Shown here: piece by piece, positions 55,858 to 64,000 of the stretch
How positions within the stretch are numbered: position 1 is the stretch's first letter
How the letters are laid out: each line of letters starts with the position of its first letter
Origin: a virus
Lineage: Duplodnaviria > Heunggongvirae > Uroviricota > Caudoviricetes
DNA length: 64,000 nucleotides
IMG/VR virus record: IMGVR_UViG_3300042879_003909
Span: 79,772 to 143,771 of that record
Reading direction: 5' to 3' (one strand)
The notes under the pieces: model-generated
Told to the model about the DNA's origin: nothing
Database searches by the model: none
The model's input: only the letters and a program-made list of their open reading frames with translations
Program-made: the position numbers and the translations under genes

Positions 55858-55933
55858 TATGGCGTGTTGGAATCGAACCAACCTATGAGCGCCTTATAAG
55901 AGCGCCGGATGCTACCAGCTTACCTTACACCAC
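55858..55933 (-). tRNA. tRNA-like element with a UAU anticodon arm (tRNA-Ile(UAU)-like, possibly a pseudo or partial tRNA)
   Basis: Minus-strand sequence GTGGTGTAAGGTAAGCTGGTAGCATCCG GCGCT CTTATAA GGCGC TCATAG GTTGG TTCGATT CCAAC ACGCCAT A. It has a perfect T arm (GTTGG/TTCGATT/CCAAC). The anticodon arm has a 5-bp stem with loop CUUAUAA, anticodon UAU. The 7-bp acceptor stem has 5 Watson-Crick and 2 G.U pairs. The D arm is poor (only 2 clean pairs) and position 8 is A. A T-run follows the 3' end. Folded by hand only. Confidence 0.45.
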
Positions 55934-56105
55934 ATGTTCTACTTATATTTTAACATCTTCTTGAAGAAAGTCAATACCTTTTCCCAAAAACTTTCAGGTT
56001 TTTCTTCTTGTTTTATATTTTTTACAAAATTATTATATGATGAATGATGTTTCTGAAAGCTCTTTTGGGCTTCCATAAACTGACTATCGCTCATGCCGGA
56101 ATCTT

Positions 56106-56543
56106 TCATAGTTTAACTAGCTCCGGGTTTTGAAAAATGTTTCCAACTACAATAAAGCCTTTGTTATTAAAAGTTACGATATTACAGTCGTTATGTCCCC
56201 AATAAAGAGCGAGTCCACCAGCTTTCCACTTTACTTCACACTGAATCCAATGTACCCTTTCCTCGTTGATACTAAACCCTCCACCGGACTTATATGGATA
56301 TAAAACAATATCGCCTTCATAAATATCTTTTCCATCACGATCTTTAAGGCCGGTATATTGCTGAATAACAATGTCTTTCATTTGACAGTTTAAATTACTA
56401 TGATTTTTTGTTTCTCTGTCATAAATATAAACTTCACACCCTTCTCCAAAATCTTTTAAAGAAAGAATCGGGTCTTCTTCGGCCCAAGGGTCTAGCCAGC
56501 GGTTTTCTTTTTTGTGCCAGATTCTAAATTTAAATTCTCTCAT
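56106..56543 (-). CDS. YopX-family phage protein
   Basis: MREFKFRIWHKKENRW ... GNIFQNPELV, matching the YopX N- and C-terminal signatures (MREIKFRaW ... GNIyeNPELL). Confidence 0.55.
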   Translation of the reverse strand: MREFKFRIWHKKENRWLDPWAEEDPILSLKDFGEGCEVYIYDRETKNHSNLNCQMKDIVIQQYTGLKDRDGKDIYEGDIVLYPYKSGGGFSINEERVHWIQCEVKWKAGGLALYWGHNDCNIVTFNNKGFIVVGNIFQNPELVKL

Positions 56544-56823
56544 TTATTATAACCTTTCCTTTGACCCAGTATTTTCCGTCATTATCATAGTACATGATAT
56601 AAAATATATCATCAGAATCTGGCTTTAAAGCTATTCTAGTTTTATCTGAAGAACTATTCATTTTTGGATATGCCTTATCTAAAAACTCATACATTTCCAT
56701 TAATGAATTTATTCCTTGATGGCATCCATCATCTTTACTGCGTCGATCAAAAATGCTATATTTATAACCCTGTTTTGCATATTCTTTTGCAATCGTTTCT
56801 GTCCAATGTTCATATAATATCAT
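56530..56823 (-). CDS. hypothetical protein
   Basis: ORF only. Confidence 0.3.
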   Translation of the reverse strand: MILYEHWTETIAKEYAKQGYKYSIFDRRSKDDGCHQGINSLMEMYEFLDKAYPKMNSSSDKTRIALKPDSDDIFYIMYYDNDGKYWVKGKVIINERI

Positions 56824-57145
56824 CTAAATCCCAAGCCTCTATAGTCTTTAATATTTTTTTACCCATAGCAATTCCTAGTTTATTGGGCTCAAATCTTGCT
56901 ATTACAACATGATCTTTTCCAAGTAAATGCGGGTCTAATTTTGTTAATTTTTTAACTTCTTTACGGCTTCCTTTTAACAGCATTAATTTTTTGCCATTAA
57001 ATGTAGTACATCCATAATATTTTGCTAATACGAGGCAAAAGTTTTTTAAAGGAGATTCAGTAATAGACTCAATAACAAACTTATATGGATCTGGATTGGG
57101 CGACTGAGTATTTGTAGCTGTATCACTAAATATTTTAATTCCCAT
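56810..57145 (-). CDS. hypothetical protein
   Basis: ORF only. Confidence 0.3.
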   Translation of the reverse strand: MGIKIFSDTATNTQSPNPDPYKFVIESITESPLKNFCLVLAKYYGCTTFNGKKLMLLKGSRKEVKKLTKLDPHLLGKDHVVIARFEPNKLGIAMGKKILKTIEAWDLDDII

Positions 57146-57146
57146 C

Positions 57147-57845
57147 TTAATATCCCCACGCCTCTAGCGTGTATTTAAATGGATTGCCCTCGATATTCTT
57201 AACGCACTCTAGCATTTTAGCAGCAATTTCGCGGATTTCAAGTTGTGCCGCCTCATCCATGCGTAATTTTAGAAAATTTTCAAAACACGACATATTAGAC
57301 ATAATGCTTAGGGTTATTTGAGAGTTGTAAGTTTTAAAATATCTTGCCGACTCTTTGGCTCGCTTGCGACCAAGAACTGGCGTTAAATCTTCAAGGCATT
57401 TATGATACAAGCTATTGCCTAAAGCTGTATAGTCATTTAGTATATCTTCCCAAGTGTCATTTGTATAGTCATAACTAAAATCTCCAGAATATAAAGTATC
57501 TGGAAGTGAAGATGGTTTAATACTCCCCCAATCTTCCGGCAAATAATACTTATCTTCTTTCAACTCTTTATATCTTGCGCTTTCGCCGTTTACATTAAGT
57601 AGCCTGTGTTTTACGATATGAATGTGACTTGCCACGCAGCAAGTAATATTAAATTCTACTATGCCTCTCTCAAAAGGGGTCTTATGGGGCTTGCCAGTTC
57701 CGTTATTCCAAAGTTTATTAACAAGCAAATCACGAATTTGCCCATCTGTTTTTTTATCAACATCGGCTTGTGTAGAAGTCCATGCTGCTCTAGCTATAGC
57801 TCTATCGCCGCCATACCACCCAATTAATTCTACGCTATTATTCAT
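57147..57845 (-). CDS. thyX: flavin-dependent thymidylate synthase
   Basis: ThyX signature HRLLNVNGESARY (RHR-x7-S) plus other ThyX-like segments (GWYGGDRAIARAAWTS). Confidence 0.75.
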   Translation of the reverse strand: MNNSVELIGWYGGDRAIARAAWTSTQADVDKKTDGQIRDLLVNKLWNNGTGKPHKTPFERGIVEFNITCCVASHIHIVKHRLLNVNGESARYKELKEDKYYLPEDWGSIKPSSLPDTLYSGDFSYDYTNDTWEDILNDYTALGNSLYHKCLEDLTPVLGRKRAKESARYFKTYNSQITLSIMSNMSCFENFLKLRMDEAAQLEIREIAAKMLECVKNIEGNPFKYTLEAWGY

Positions 57846-58092
57846 TATCGCTCCATTGTTTTTCTTTTAATACAACAATTATTAAATTTTTGACACACTG
57901 ATCAAAATCGCCCGTTGGATTTTTCCAATTTTCAAGCACATGATTCAAAACTTTTTTATCTAGTTTTTGAGATTCGGCATCTCTATCATATGAGCCCGTA
58001 TTAGTCATATGTACATCTAAGGCACAGTCTAATATAGATCGCCCGTCTAAAGCTTTTTCAACCCACTGTGGTCTATACATCGTAATACCCAT
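57838..58092 (-). CDS. hypothetical protein
   Basis: ORF only. Confidence 0.3.
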   Translation of the reverse strand: MGITMYRPQWVEKALDGRSILDCALDVHMTNTGSYDRDAESQKLDKKVLNHVLENWKNPTGDFDQCVKNLIIVVLKEKQWSDNE

Positions 58093-58543
58093 TCAAAAAA
58101 TAATCTTCTACTTTATTTTTATATAAATTTATTTGAATATTAGCTTCATGAAACATTTTTGTAGAAATTACAAACTCGTCATACCATCTTGTCTCTGGGA
58201 CATAATAGGATACCACTCTTTTTATGCCAGCCTGAATAATCATACCAGCACAAACAGGACACGGCATAAATGGATAAGTATAAATTGTACAATCTTTCAG
58301 AGATTGCTTAGCAAATAATAAACTATTTCTTTCTGCATGTACAATATATTTGTACTTAATATCTCGGTTATTAAGTTTTTCAGGATCATCTTCAACCCCG
58401 CGAGGAAATCCGTTATATCCTAAAGATACAACAGTCCTATCGCTATCTATAATAACAGCCCCGACCTTAGTTGACGGATCTTTTGAGGCAGTTGAGACAT
58501 ATTCTGCCATGCCTAAGAACCATTTGTCCCACTTATAATCCAT
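58073..58543 (-). CDS. dCMP deaminase (cytidine/deoxycytidylate deaminase family)
   Basis: Zinc-binding HAERNS (H-A-E) and PCPVCAGMI (PCxxC) motifs. Confidence 0.8.
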   Translation of the reverse strand: MDYKWDKWFLGMAEYVSTASKDPSTKVGAVIIDSDRTVVSLGYNGFPRGVEDDPEKLNNRDIKYKYIVHAERNSLLFAKQSLKDCTIYTYPFMPCPVCAGMIIQAGIKRVVSYYVPETRWYDEFVISTKMFHEANIQINLYKNKVEDYFLNGYYDV

Positions 58544-59199
58544 AGTAAATTTCCATTGCTAATTAAATTTCCAGTCCTGTCTTCAATACATGAACCATTA
58601 CTAAAAAAAGTATTAATCCCAGCCAACTGTAGCATACCAGAATTTAGTACATGTGAAGAGTTATGAATGTGTCCAAATAGGTGTAACTGTGGTCTAATTT
58701 GGCCTATTCTTTTTAATAAATTTTTACATCCAGCCCTCTCTAATTCCATATGCATGGTCAAGTCCAATATTCCCATTGGTGGCCCGTGTGTAATTATAAT
58801 ATCTGTATCATCAGGAATCAAGTCCCAATATTTATGAATTTTTGCTCTATCTACATTCCATGCCCAGTCTTTTCCAAATGTTGGTGTTTGTGGCGCTCCG
58901 TAAAATTTCACGCCATCAATTATAGCTTCTTGGTTCTCTAAATAAATAATTCCACTCGGTATTTGCTCGGGGAGAATTCTTTTATGAAAAATAGAAACAT
59001 CATGATTGCCCGGCACCAAAATCTTATATTGAATATTTAGTGCCGAAAACCAATCCAGAAAAGACATAGTTTCATTATAGTTAATGTCTATGTTTCTAGA
59101 ATTTGAAAAATCGCCCGAATGAACAACAGCATCTACCTCATGTGGAATTTTTAACTCCCCATGTTTACAATGCGTATCGCTAATATGCCAAATTTTCAT
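58513..59199 (-). CDS. calcineurin-like metallophosphoesterase
   Basis: ISDTHCKHG, VHSGDFSN, VPGNHDVS and ITHGPP metal-binding motifs. Confidence 0.65.
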   Translation of the reverse strand: MKIWHISDTHCKHGELKIPHEVDAVVHSGDFSNSRNIDINYNETMSFLDWFSALNIQYKILVPGNHDVSIFHKRILPEQIPSGIIYLENQEAIIDGVKFYGAPQTPTFGKDWAWNVDRAKIHKYWDLIPDDTDIIITHGPPMGILDLTMHMELERAGCKNLLKRIGQIRPQLHLFGHIHNSSHVLNSGMLQLAGINTFFSNGSCIEDRTGNLISNGNLLWIISGTNGS

Positions 59200-59849
59200 T
59201 TTATAATCTTTTTAATACTAAAAATATGACCCATTCTGCCCGGCCATGTAGATACTCTAAACTCTTTTTCTGAATTTGGAAGGACATTTTTTCTTATTTC
59301 AAATTTCTTATCTTTAAACCAAGTATTACCACCCGATACAACCCCTATAACTTCTTTTTTACTATTTAAAACTGGGGAGCCTGATTCGCCAGATACGAAA
59401 AATACATCTGCAAAAATCTCGTTTTCATCCATCGCAGAAACTTTGGTTCTTCTTATTCCTCTCGGAGAACATATAAAAATTTCTTCTTCTTCCTGTATTG
59501 TTTCTCCTAAAGAAATAGGGCTAATTTTATTGGGTGTCCATGATTTTAAAATAGCTACATCGGCTTTTTCATCTTTAGACACTAATGTAGAATTTGATAC
59601 TGGTTGTCCATTTGTATATAATATGCTGTATGTTGAGCTACCTTCAACAACATGAGCAGCAGTCAATATAAGTGATCTATAGCCCTCGCCCAAAGCATGG
59701 GGTGCATCTTCAAGCTTTTTAATTACTACCCCAGTTCCTTGCGCAACTCCCCCGCCCGGCATGTTAACACTAATTGTAACAAGAGATTCTTCTTGTGCAA
59801 TTAAATTAAAAGCAAAAAGACTAAAAAATAAAAATAGAATATACTTCAT
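59196..59849 (-). CDS. secreted trypsin-like (S1) serine protease
   Basis: Signal peptide MKYILFLFFSLFAFNLIAQ; catalytic His (LTAAHVVEG) and Ser (SGESGSPVLN). Confidence 0.6.
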   Translation of the reverse strand: MKYILFLFFSLFAFNLIAQEESLVTISVNMPGGGVAQGTGVVIKKLEDAPHALGEGYRSLILTAAHVVEGSSTYSILYTNGQPVSNSTLVSKDEKADVAILKSWTPNKISPISLGETIQEEEEIFICSPRGIRRTKVSAMDENEIFADVFFVSGESGSPVLNSKKEVIGVVSGGNTWFKDKKFEIRKNVLPNSEKEFRVSTWPGRMGHIFSIKKIIK

Positions 59850-59860
59850 AATACATTTCC

Positions 59861-61123
59861 TTAAATAAGAATATCTTTAATTAATTTTCCATTATCAACA
59901 ATTTCGATAGGTCTCGGGCCCGGGGCCAATAATTCTTTTTCTCCAACAATTCCTAATAAATGATACATCGTGTAAGCTAAATCTTCTGGGCTTGTTGGAT
60001 TCATATCAGGGTCAGATGCAGTAGGATCAGAAGAGCCATAAACCATTCCCTGCTTTATTCCGCCACCAGCAAGTAATACGCTAAAAACTTTTGGCCAATG
60101 ATCGCGTCCAGCATCTTTGTTTACTTTTGGCGTTCTACCAAATTCGCTGGAGACCATTATCAATGTTTTACCTAGCATACCACGCTCCTCTAAATCTAAT
60201 AGTAGAGTCGAAATAGCTTTATCTAAAGGAGGAAGTTGATTATTCATTCCGCCGGAGATGCCTGTGTGCATATCCCAGCCACCATATGTAACAGTCACCA
60301 TTCTTACGCCAGCTTCAACTAGTCTTCTAGCTATTAGAAGTCTTTGACCCGCTTCATTTTTGCCATATCTTTCTTTAGTTTGATCATTTTCTAATTCTAG
60401 ATTAAAAGCATCTCTTGCTTGAGCAGAACTAATTAAATTATAAGCCTGTTCATAAAATTTGTCCATAGCCACGATTTTATCTGAATTGTGTTTAGATGAA
60501 AATTCTTTATTTAATAAATCAAGAGCCTCTCTTTTTTTGTTGAATCTATTAACTTCGTCTTGAGAATTTAAATCTAAAACTTTAAAATCCTTGCTTGCAG
60601 GATCGGAATTTAAGCTAAATGGCTTATAAGAAGAGCTTAGATATCCATTATTAGCAAACTCATTTGGAGTATTTGGTACACAAACATATGGAGGCAAATT
60701 GTTTCTTGAGCCATATTCGTGACTAATTACACTTCCGAAACTAGGATATGATAAAGCCGGGCTTGGCTTATACCCAGTAAACATATTATGGGTGCCTCGC
60801 TCATGAGCGGCTTCGCCGTGAGTCATTGACCTAATAAGAGTAAATTTGTCAGAAATATTAGCTAGCTGTGGCAATCGGCTTGAGAGTATATCGCCCGTTT
60901 TTGTTTTAATAACATTAACATCGCCCCTGTATTCTATTGGAGCAAATGGCTTAGGGTCAAAAGATTCTTGATGAGCTATTCCGCCCGGCAAAAAGATATG
61001 AATTACGCTTTCGGCTTTAGCTGGAATAAAATCATATTTTTGTTGCTCTGATTTTAAATATAGTGCCTGAGCTAGATTAATACCGAAAAAACTACCAATC
61101 TGTAGAAAATTTCTTCTATACAT
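59861..61123 (-). CDS. DUF1501-family (sulfatase-like) protein
   Basis: TYGGWDMHTG, VSSEFGRTPKVNKDAGRDHW and LLAGGGIKQG motifs recalled for DUF1501; paralogous to the next gene. Confidence 0.6.
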   Translation of the reverse strand: MYRRNFLQIGSFFGINLAQALYLKSEQQKYDFIPAKAESVIHIFLPGGIAHQESFDPKPFAPIEYRGDVNVIKTKTGDILSSRLPQLANISDKFTLIRSMTHGEAAHERGTHNMFTGYKPSPALSYPSFGSVISHEYGSRNNLPPYVCVPNTPNEFANNGYLSSSYKPFSLNSDPASKDFKVLDLNSQDEVNRFNKKREALDLLNKEFSSKHNSDKIVAMDKFYEQAYNLISSAQARDAFNLELENDQTKERYGKNEAGQRLLIARRLVEAGVRMVTVTYGGWDMHTGISGGMNNQLPPLDKAISTLLLDLEERGMLGKTLIMVSSEFGRTPKVNKDAGRDHWPKVFSVLLAGGGIKQGMVYGSSDPTASDPDMNPTSPEDLAYTMYHLLGIVGEKELLAPGPRPIEIVDNGKLIKDILI

Positions 61124-61209
61124 AAAAGTCCTAATTAAAAGAGCTGTCTGCGGCTAATTCGCCCTTAATATCTTGGGCAAAACAAACTAATTATACTATA
61201 ATAAATACA

Positions 61210-62487
61210 CTAATCAACTAATTCTGTGATTATTTTGCCACTATTTGCTATTTTCATAGGTCTTCCATCATTGGAAGTAAAATTTGTTTCTAGAGAAATA
61301 TCAAGCGATTTAAGAACTGTCGCCATTATATCTTGGGCAGAATAGGGTTCAGTGGCTACCGATGTTCCATCTTCGTTTGTAGAGCCGATTACTTGTCCGC
61401 CCTTAACTCCGCCGCCACCAAGCACTACGCTCCAAGCTTTTGCATAGTGATCGCGTCCGGCATCGGTGTTAATGTTTGGAGTACGCCCAAACTCGCCCAT
61501 CCACAAGATTGTGGTGTCTTGATAAAGACCACGTTGATTTAAATCTTCTATTAAAGCACTCATGGCCTGATCCATGATTGGTAGCTTTTCTTCTAGTGTA
61601 TTAAAAATATCCGCATGATTATCCCAGCCACCAAAATCTACCTCGATAAAAGGAGTACCGACTTCAACCAGACGGCGGGCCATCAAGCATCCTCGCCCAA
61701 AAGAATTATCGCCATATCTCTGTTTAATTTTTTCTGGCTCTTTATCTATTTTGAATAGATTCATTTGATCGCTGGCAACAACTTTAACGGCACGGCCTAA
61801 AGTCTTTGAATGATCTTGAGGAAGAGAGCCTCTATTTTCTTTTATAAATCCTTTTTCTATAACCTCCAAAGCCCTTAGTCTCTGGATCATCCTTAATTCA
61901 TCTACATTAAATTTTAAATCTCTAATATTTCCATTTGAACCAACTACAAATGGAGAATAGCTAGCTCCTAAAAATCCCGGGCCAATACTGGCTCCTCCAA
62001 TAGAAACAAATTGCGGTATTTCTAGTGCTGGATTATTTAACTGATTAGAAATTACAGAGCCATAACTTGGATGCTCCATAGTTGGAGAAGGTGCATATCC
62101 AGTATGTAAATAATATCTGCCCCTTGTATGGTCGGCTTCTCTGGTGCTCATGCTTCTAACTATGCTTAGATTATGCATCTGTTTTGATAGAAGGGGCAAA
62201 TGTTCGCAGATTTGAATGCCATCTGCCGATGTTGAAATAGGTTTAAACTTTCCTCCAGTCGGAGCATTTGGCTTCAAGTCCCATATGTCGATAGTGCTAG
62301 GCCCACCATTCATCCAAAGCAAAATACATGATTTATTTTTTTTCTTTATTTCATCCGCTTTTGCAAAAAGTCCAGAACCAACAAAACCAGAAGCCAAAAT
62401 TAAATTATTTACAAATTCTCTTCTATTCATTTTTATTACCCTTGTTTTTTGTAGCATAACCCTTTTCGACCATAACATTTGATACAT
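61210..62487 (-). CDS. DUF1501-family protein with a twin-arginine (Tat) signal
   Basis: MNRREFVNNLILASGFVGSG Tat-like N-terminus (probable true start); FGGWDNHAD, MGEFGRTPNINTDAGRDHY and VLGGGGVKGG motifs. Confidence 0.65.
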   Translation of the reverse strand: MYQMLWSKRVMLQKTRVIKMNRREFVNNLILASGFVGSGLFAKADEIKKKNKSCILLWMNGGPSTIDIWDLKPNAPTGGKFKPISTSADGIQICEHLPLLSKQMHNLSIVRSMSTREADHTRGRYYLHTGYAPSPTMEHPSYGSVISNQLNNPALEIPQFVSIGGASIGPGFLGASYSPFVVGSNGNIRDLKFNVDELRMIQRLRALEVIEKGFIKENRGSLPQDHSKTLGRAVKVVASDQMNLFKIDKEPEKIKQRYGDNSFGRGCLMARRLVEVGTPFIEVDFGGWDNHADIFNTLEEKLPIMDQAMSALIEDLNQRGLYQDTTILWMGEFGRTPNINTDAGRDHYAKAWSVVLGGGGVKGGQVIGSTNEDGTSVATEPYSAQDIMATVLKSLDISLETNFTSNDGRPMKIANSGKIITELVD

Positions 62488-62902
62488 CGTCTAAAGAGCC
62501 ATCTCCATCAACATCTTTATAAATATATCCTAGTACTCTAGACATATTAACAGAATTTGAAATATTTCCATCAAAAGGCACTCTTACATGCACTTCATCA
62601 TTTGGTTTTAATATTTTTTGTAAATATTCTTTCGATTCTAATCCTCTGGCTTTTTCTTGCTGGTTTTTTGTTTTTATTTCAGGCGCCCAACAATCTACCA
62701 TTCTTATATTTGCTCGGATTTTAAATTCTACTGTTACAGTATCTCCATCATAAACAGAAATTATTTTAGCCGGGGCATCAATAAATGTTTCTGTCTTAGA
62801 ATAAGCTAATGTAAACCTTGTAGCTACTACAAATAGCATAAACATAGCGCAATAACTAGAAATAATATTTAAGATTTGAGCAGCTACAAGTTTATATTTC
62901 AT
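62423..62902 (-). CDS. membrane-anchored staphylococcal-nuclease (SNase/thermonuclease)-like protein
   Basis: N-terminal TM; SVYDGDTVTVEF..NIRMVDCWAPE...RVLGYIY...MVEKGYA matches the SNase fold (ViDGDTi.v......vRL.gIDaPE...yGR.lAyv...G). Confidence 0.55.
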   Translation of the reverse strand: MKYKLVAAQILNIISSYCAMFMLFVVATRFTLAYSKTETFIDAPAKIISVYDGDTVTVEFKIRANIRMVDCWAPEIKTKNQQEKARGLESKEYLQKILKPNDEVHVRVPFDGNISNSVNMSRVLGYIYKDVDGDGSLDDVSNVMVEKGYATKNKGNKNE

Positions 62903-62904
62903 AT

Positions 62905-63885
62905 TTATTCCTCTTGAAAGATATCCGAGTTTGCCCGGGTCATTAGGGCTATAATATTTTGTCCGCTAGAAGTTTCCGATATAAAATGCACAGAGCCATC
63001 ACATCTTAGGCTCATTATACCACCATTATGAAAACTGTAAAGCTCACTATCGTTTGTACAATTCATGTTGCACTGTCCTACTATAGTAACAGCACCACTA
63101 GAAGAAGTGCCATTTTGTACGCCAATTTCGTTAGAACCATCTAAACTAAATCCATTGTTAATATCGGCCCAGCCCCATCCATCTCCAACAAAAGGCGTAT
63201 TAAAAACTAAACCAGATTTTGGATTCTGTGATATTCTACTGCCTCTTCCATAGAAACTTGGTCTTCCGGAGCCCTCTGCCACAATTACTGTTTGGCTTGT
63301 TCCATCTAGAATCTGGCTCATTTTAACGCCTTGAGGCCCTCTTGCAAGAGCACCAAAGACTTCTCTGGTATTTATTGATGGAAGCCCATTAGACACAAAG
63401 AATGAGTTTCTAACAGCATTCACGGAACCATAATCGCTATAACCAAAAACCGGCTGACCATAAGTAATTCCTAAAGCAACATATAGGCTTTGAAAAGGAA
63501 CTTCTCTGGTCGCTGGTGCTGTTGGGCACAAATATGTAGGGATAGACTTAGTTGTAATTGGGGTATTTAAAGAATCAAACCAATTTACGCCATGATAATA
63601 ATTGTTATATGCAGATGTTTGTTCAATAAAAGGAAGAACCATTTTTTGCCAAGATTGCTGAAAAACCGGAGGCGAAACACTAATCCGGCTTGGCGGAAAT
63701 AGTTTATATGTACTTTCGTAATTCAATAAAGCTAATCCAATTTGCTTTAAGTTGTTGGAACATTGCATTCTGCGGGCTGCTTCTCTGGCTGCTTGAACTG
63801 CCGGAAGCAATAATCCCACTAAAACGCCAATAATTGCAATAACAACTAGAAGTTCAATCAATGTAAAACCATTCTTTTTTTTCAT
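62905..63885 (-). CDS. DUF1559 protein: type-IV-pilin-like N-terminal methylation domain plus C-terminal H-X9-DG motif (a Planctomycetes/Verrucomicrobia signature family)
   Basis: N-terminus [56 protein letters not shown]; C-terminal [20 protein letters not shown] (H-x9-DG). Confidence 0.75.
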   Translation of the reverse strand: MKKKNGFTLIELLVVIAIIGVLVGLLLPAVQAAREAARRMQCSNNLKQIGLALLNYESTYKLFPPSRISVSPPVFQQSWQKMVLPFIEQTSAYNNYYHGVNWFDSLNTPITTKSIPTYLCPTAPATREVPFQSLYVALGITYGQPVFGYSDYGSVNAVRNSFFVSNGLPSINTREVFGALARGPQGVKMSQILDGTSQTVIVAEGSGRPSFYGRGSRISQNPKSGLVFNTPFVGDGWGWADINNGFSLDGSNEIGVQNGTSSSGAVTIVGQCNMNCTNDSELYSFHNGGIMSLRCDGSVHFISETSSGQNIIALMTRANSDIFQEE

Positions 63886-64000
63886 TTTTTTTCTCCATAT
63901 AAAAATAGTAAAGCGATATCTATAATTACACTTTACAAATCATATGTTAAGAACTTAACCAAATCTTAACTTACTATCTTTATATGATCTTTAATCCAGT

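Noticed and set aside
55888-55907. Direct repeat GAGCGCC ... GAGCGCC on the plus strand
   Set aside because: It is the two strands of the tRNA-like anticodon stem (the GCGC core is self-complementary), not an independent repeat element.
55858-55933. tRNA 3' half as a phage attP core with an adjacent integrase
   Set aside because: No tyrosine or serine recombinase-like ORF exists anywhere in the window. The neighbours are an 80-aa Arg-rich protein and YopX. Kept only as an alternative explanation inside the tRNA finding.
1-64000. CRISPR arrays, rRNA genes, insertion sequences or transposases
   Set aside because: No array of regularly spaced direct repeats, no rRNA-like conserved stretches and no transposase-like ORFs (DDE/HUH) were seen on either strand. 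The only mobile elements are the inteins and homing-endonuclease-like genes.

Overview
This is an AT-rich 64-kb window, roughly 25-45% GC by hand counts, that reads like part of a large tailed dsDNA phage genome rather than a bacterial chromosome. Almost all genes sit in long co-directional minus-strand operons; a small plus-strand module occupies 17-2572 at the left end.

The window contains four main blocks:
1) A roughly 16-kb glycan-biosynthesis cluster (4.5-20.8 kb). It holds GT2, three GT4, GT10 fucosyltransferase-like, GT25, GT32, two exostosin-like and a CgeB-like glycosyltransferase, three FkbM methyltransferases, a sugar nucleotidyltransferase and a GDP-L-fucose synthase. A second smaller glycosyltransferase/methyltransferase island lies at 49.5-53.6 kb.
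2) A bacterial-type replisome and recombination module (20.8-36.4 kb): SSB, DNA Pol III alpha, DnaQ-like 3'-5' exonuclease, a Cas4/RecB-like nuclease, a T4-type dNMP kinase, DnaG-like primase, DnaB-like helicase, dUTPase and a RecA-family recombinase.
3) Nucleotide-metabolism and accessory genes: PhoH, ribonucleotide reductase, ThyX, dCMP deaminase, a metallophosphoesterase and YopX.
4) A right-end block (59.2-63.9 kb) of secreted proteins typical of Planctomycetes/Verrucomicrobia: a trypsin-like protease, two DUF1501 paralogues, an SNase-like nuclease, and a DUF1559 protein with a type-IV-pilin-like N-terminus.

The most striking features are selfish genetic elements. The dnaE gene is 'fractured': its N-terminal fragment ends in an N-intein half, a free-standing endonuclease gene follows, and the C-terminal fragment begins with a C-intein half. 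phoH carries a 337-aa intein beginning with Ala, with a double LAGLIDADG motif, inserted inside the Walker-A P-loop. Three paralogous free-standing endonuclease genes with a DUF559/Vsr-like domain sit next to conserved genes.

A tRNA-like element with a UAU anticodon arm is present at about 55.86-55.93 kb. Three rho-independent terminators were found. No CRISPR array, rRNA or integrase was seen. All functional calls are from motif recognition by eye; no database search was possible.
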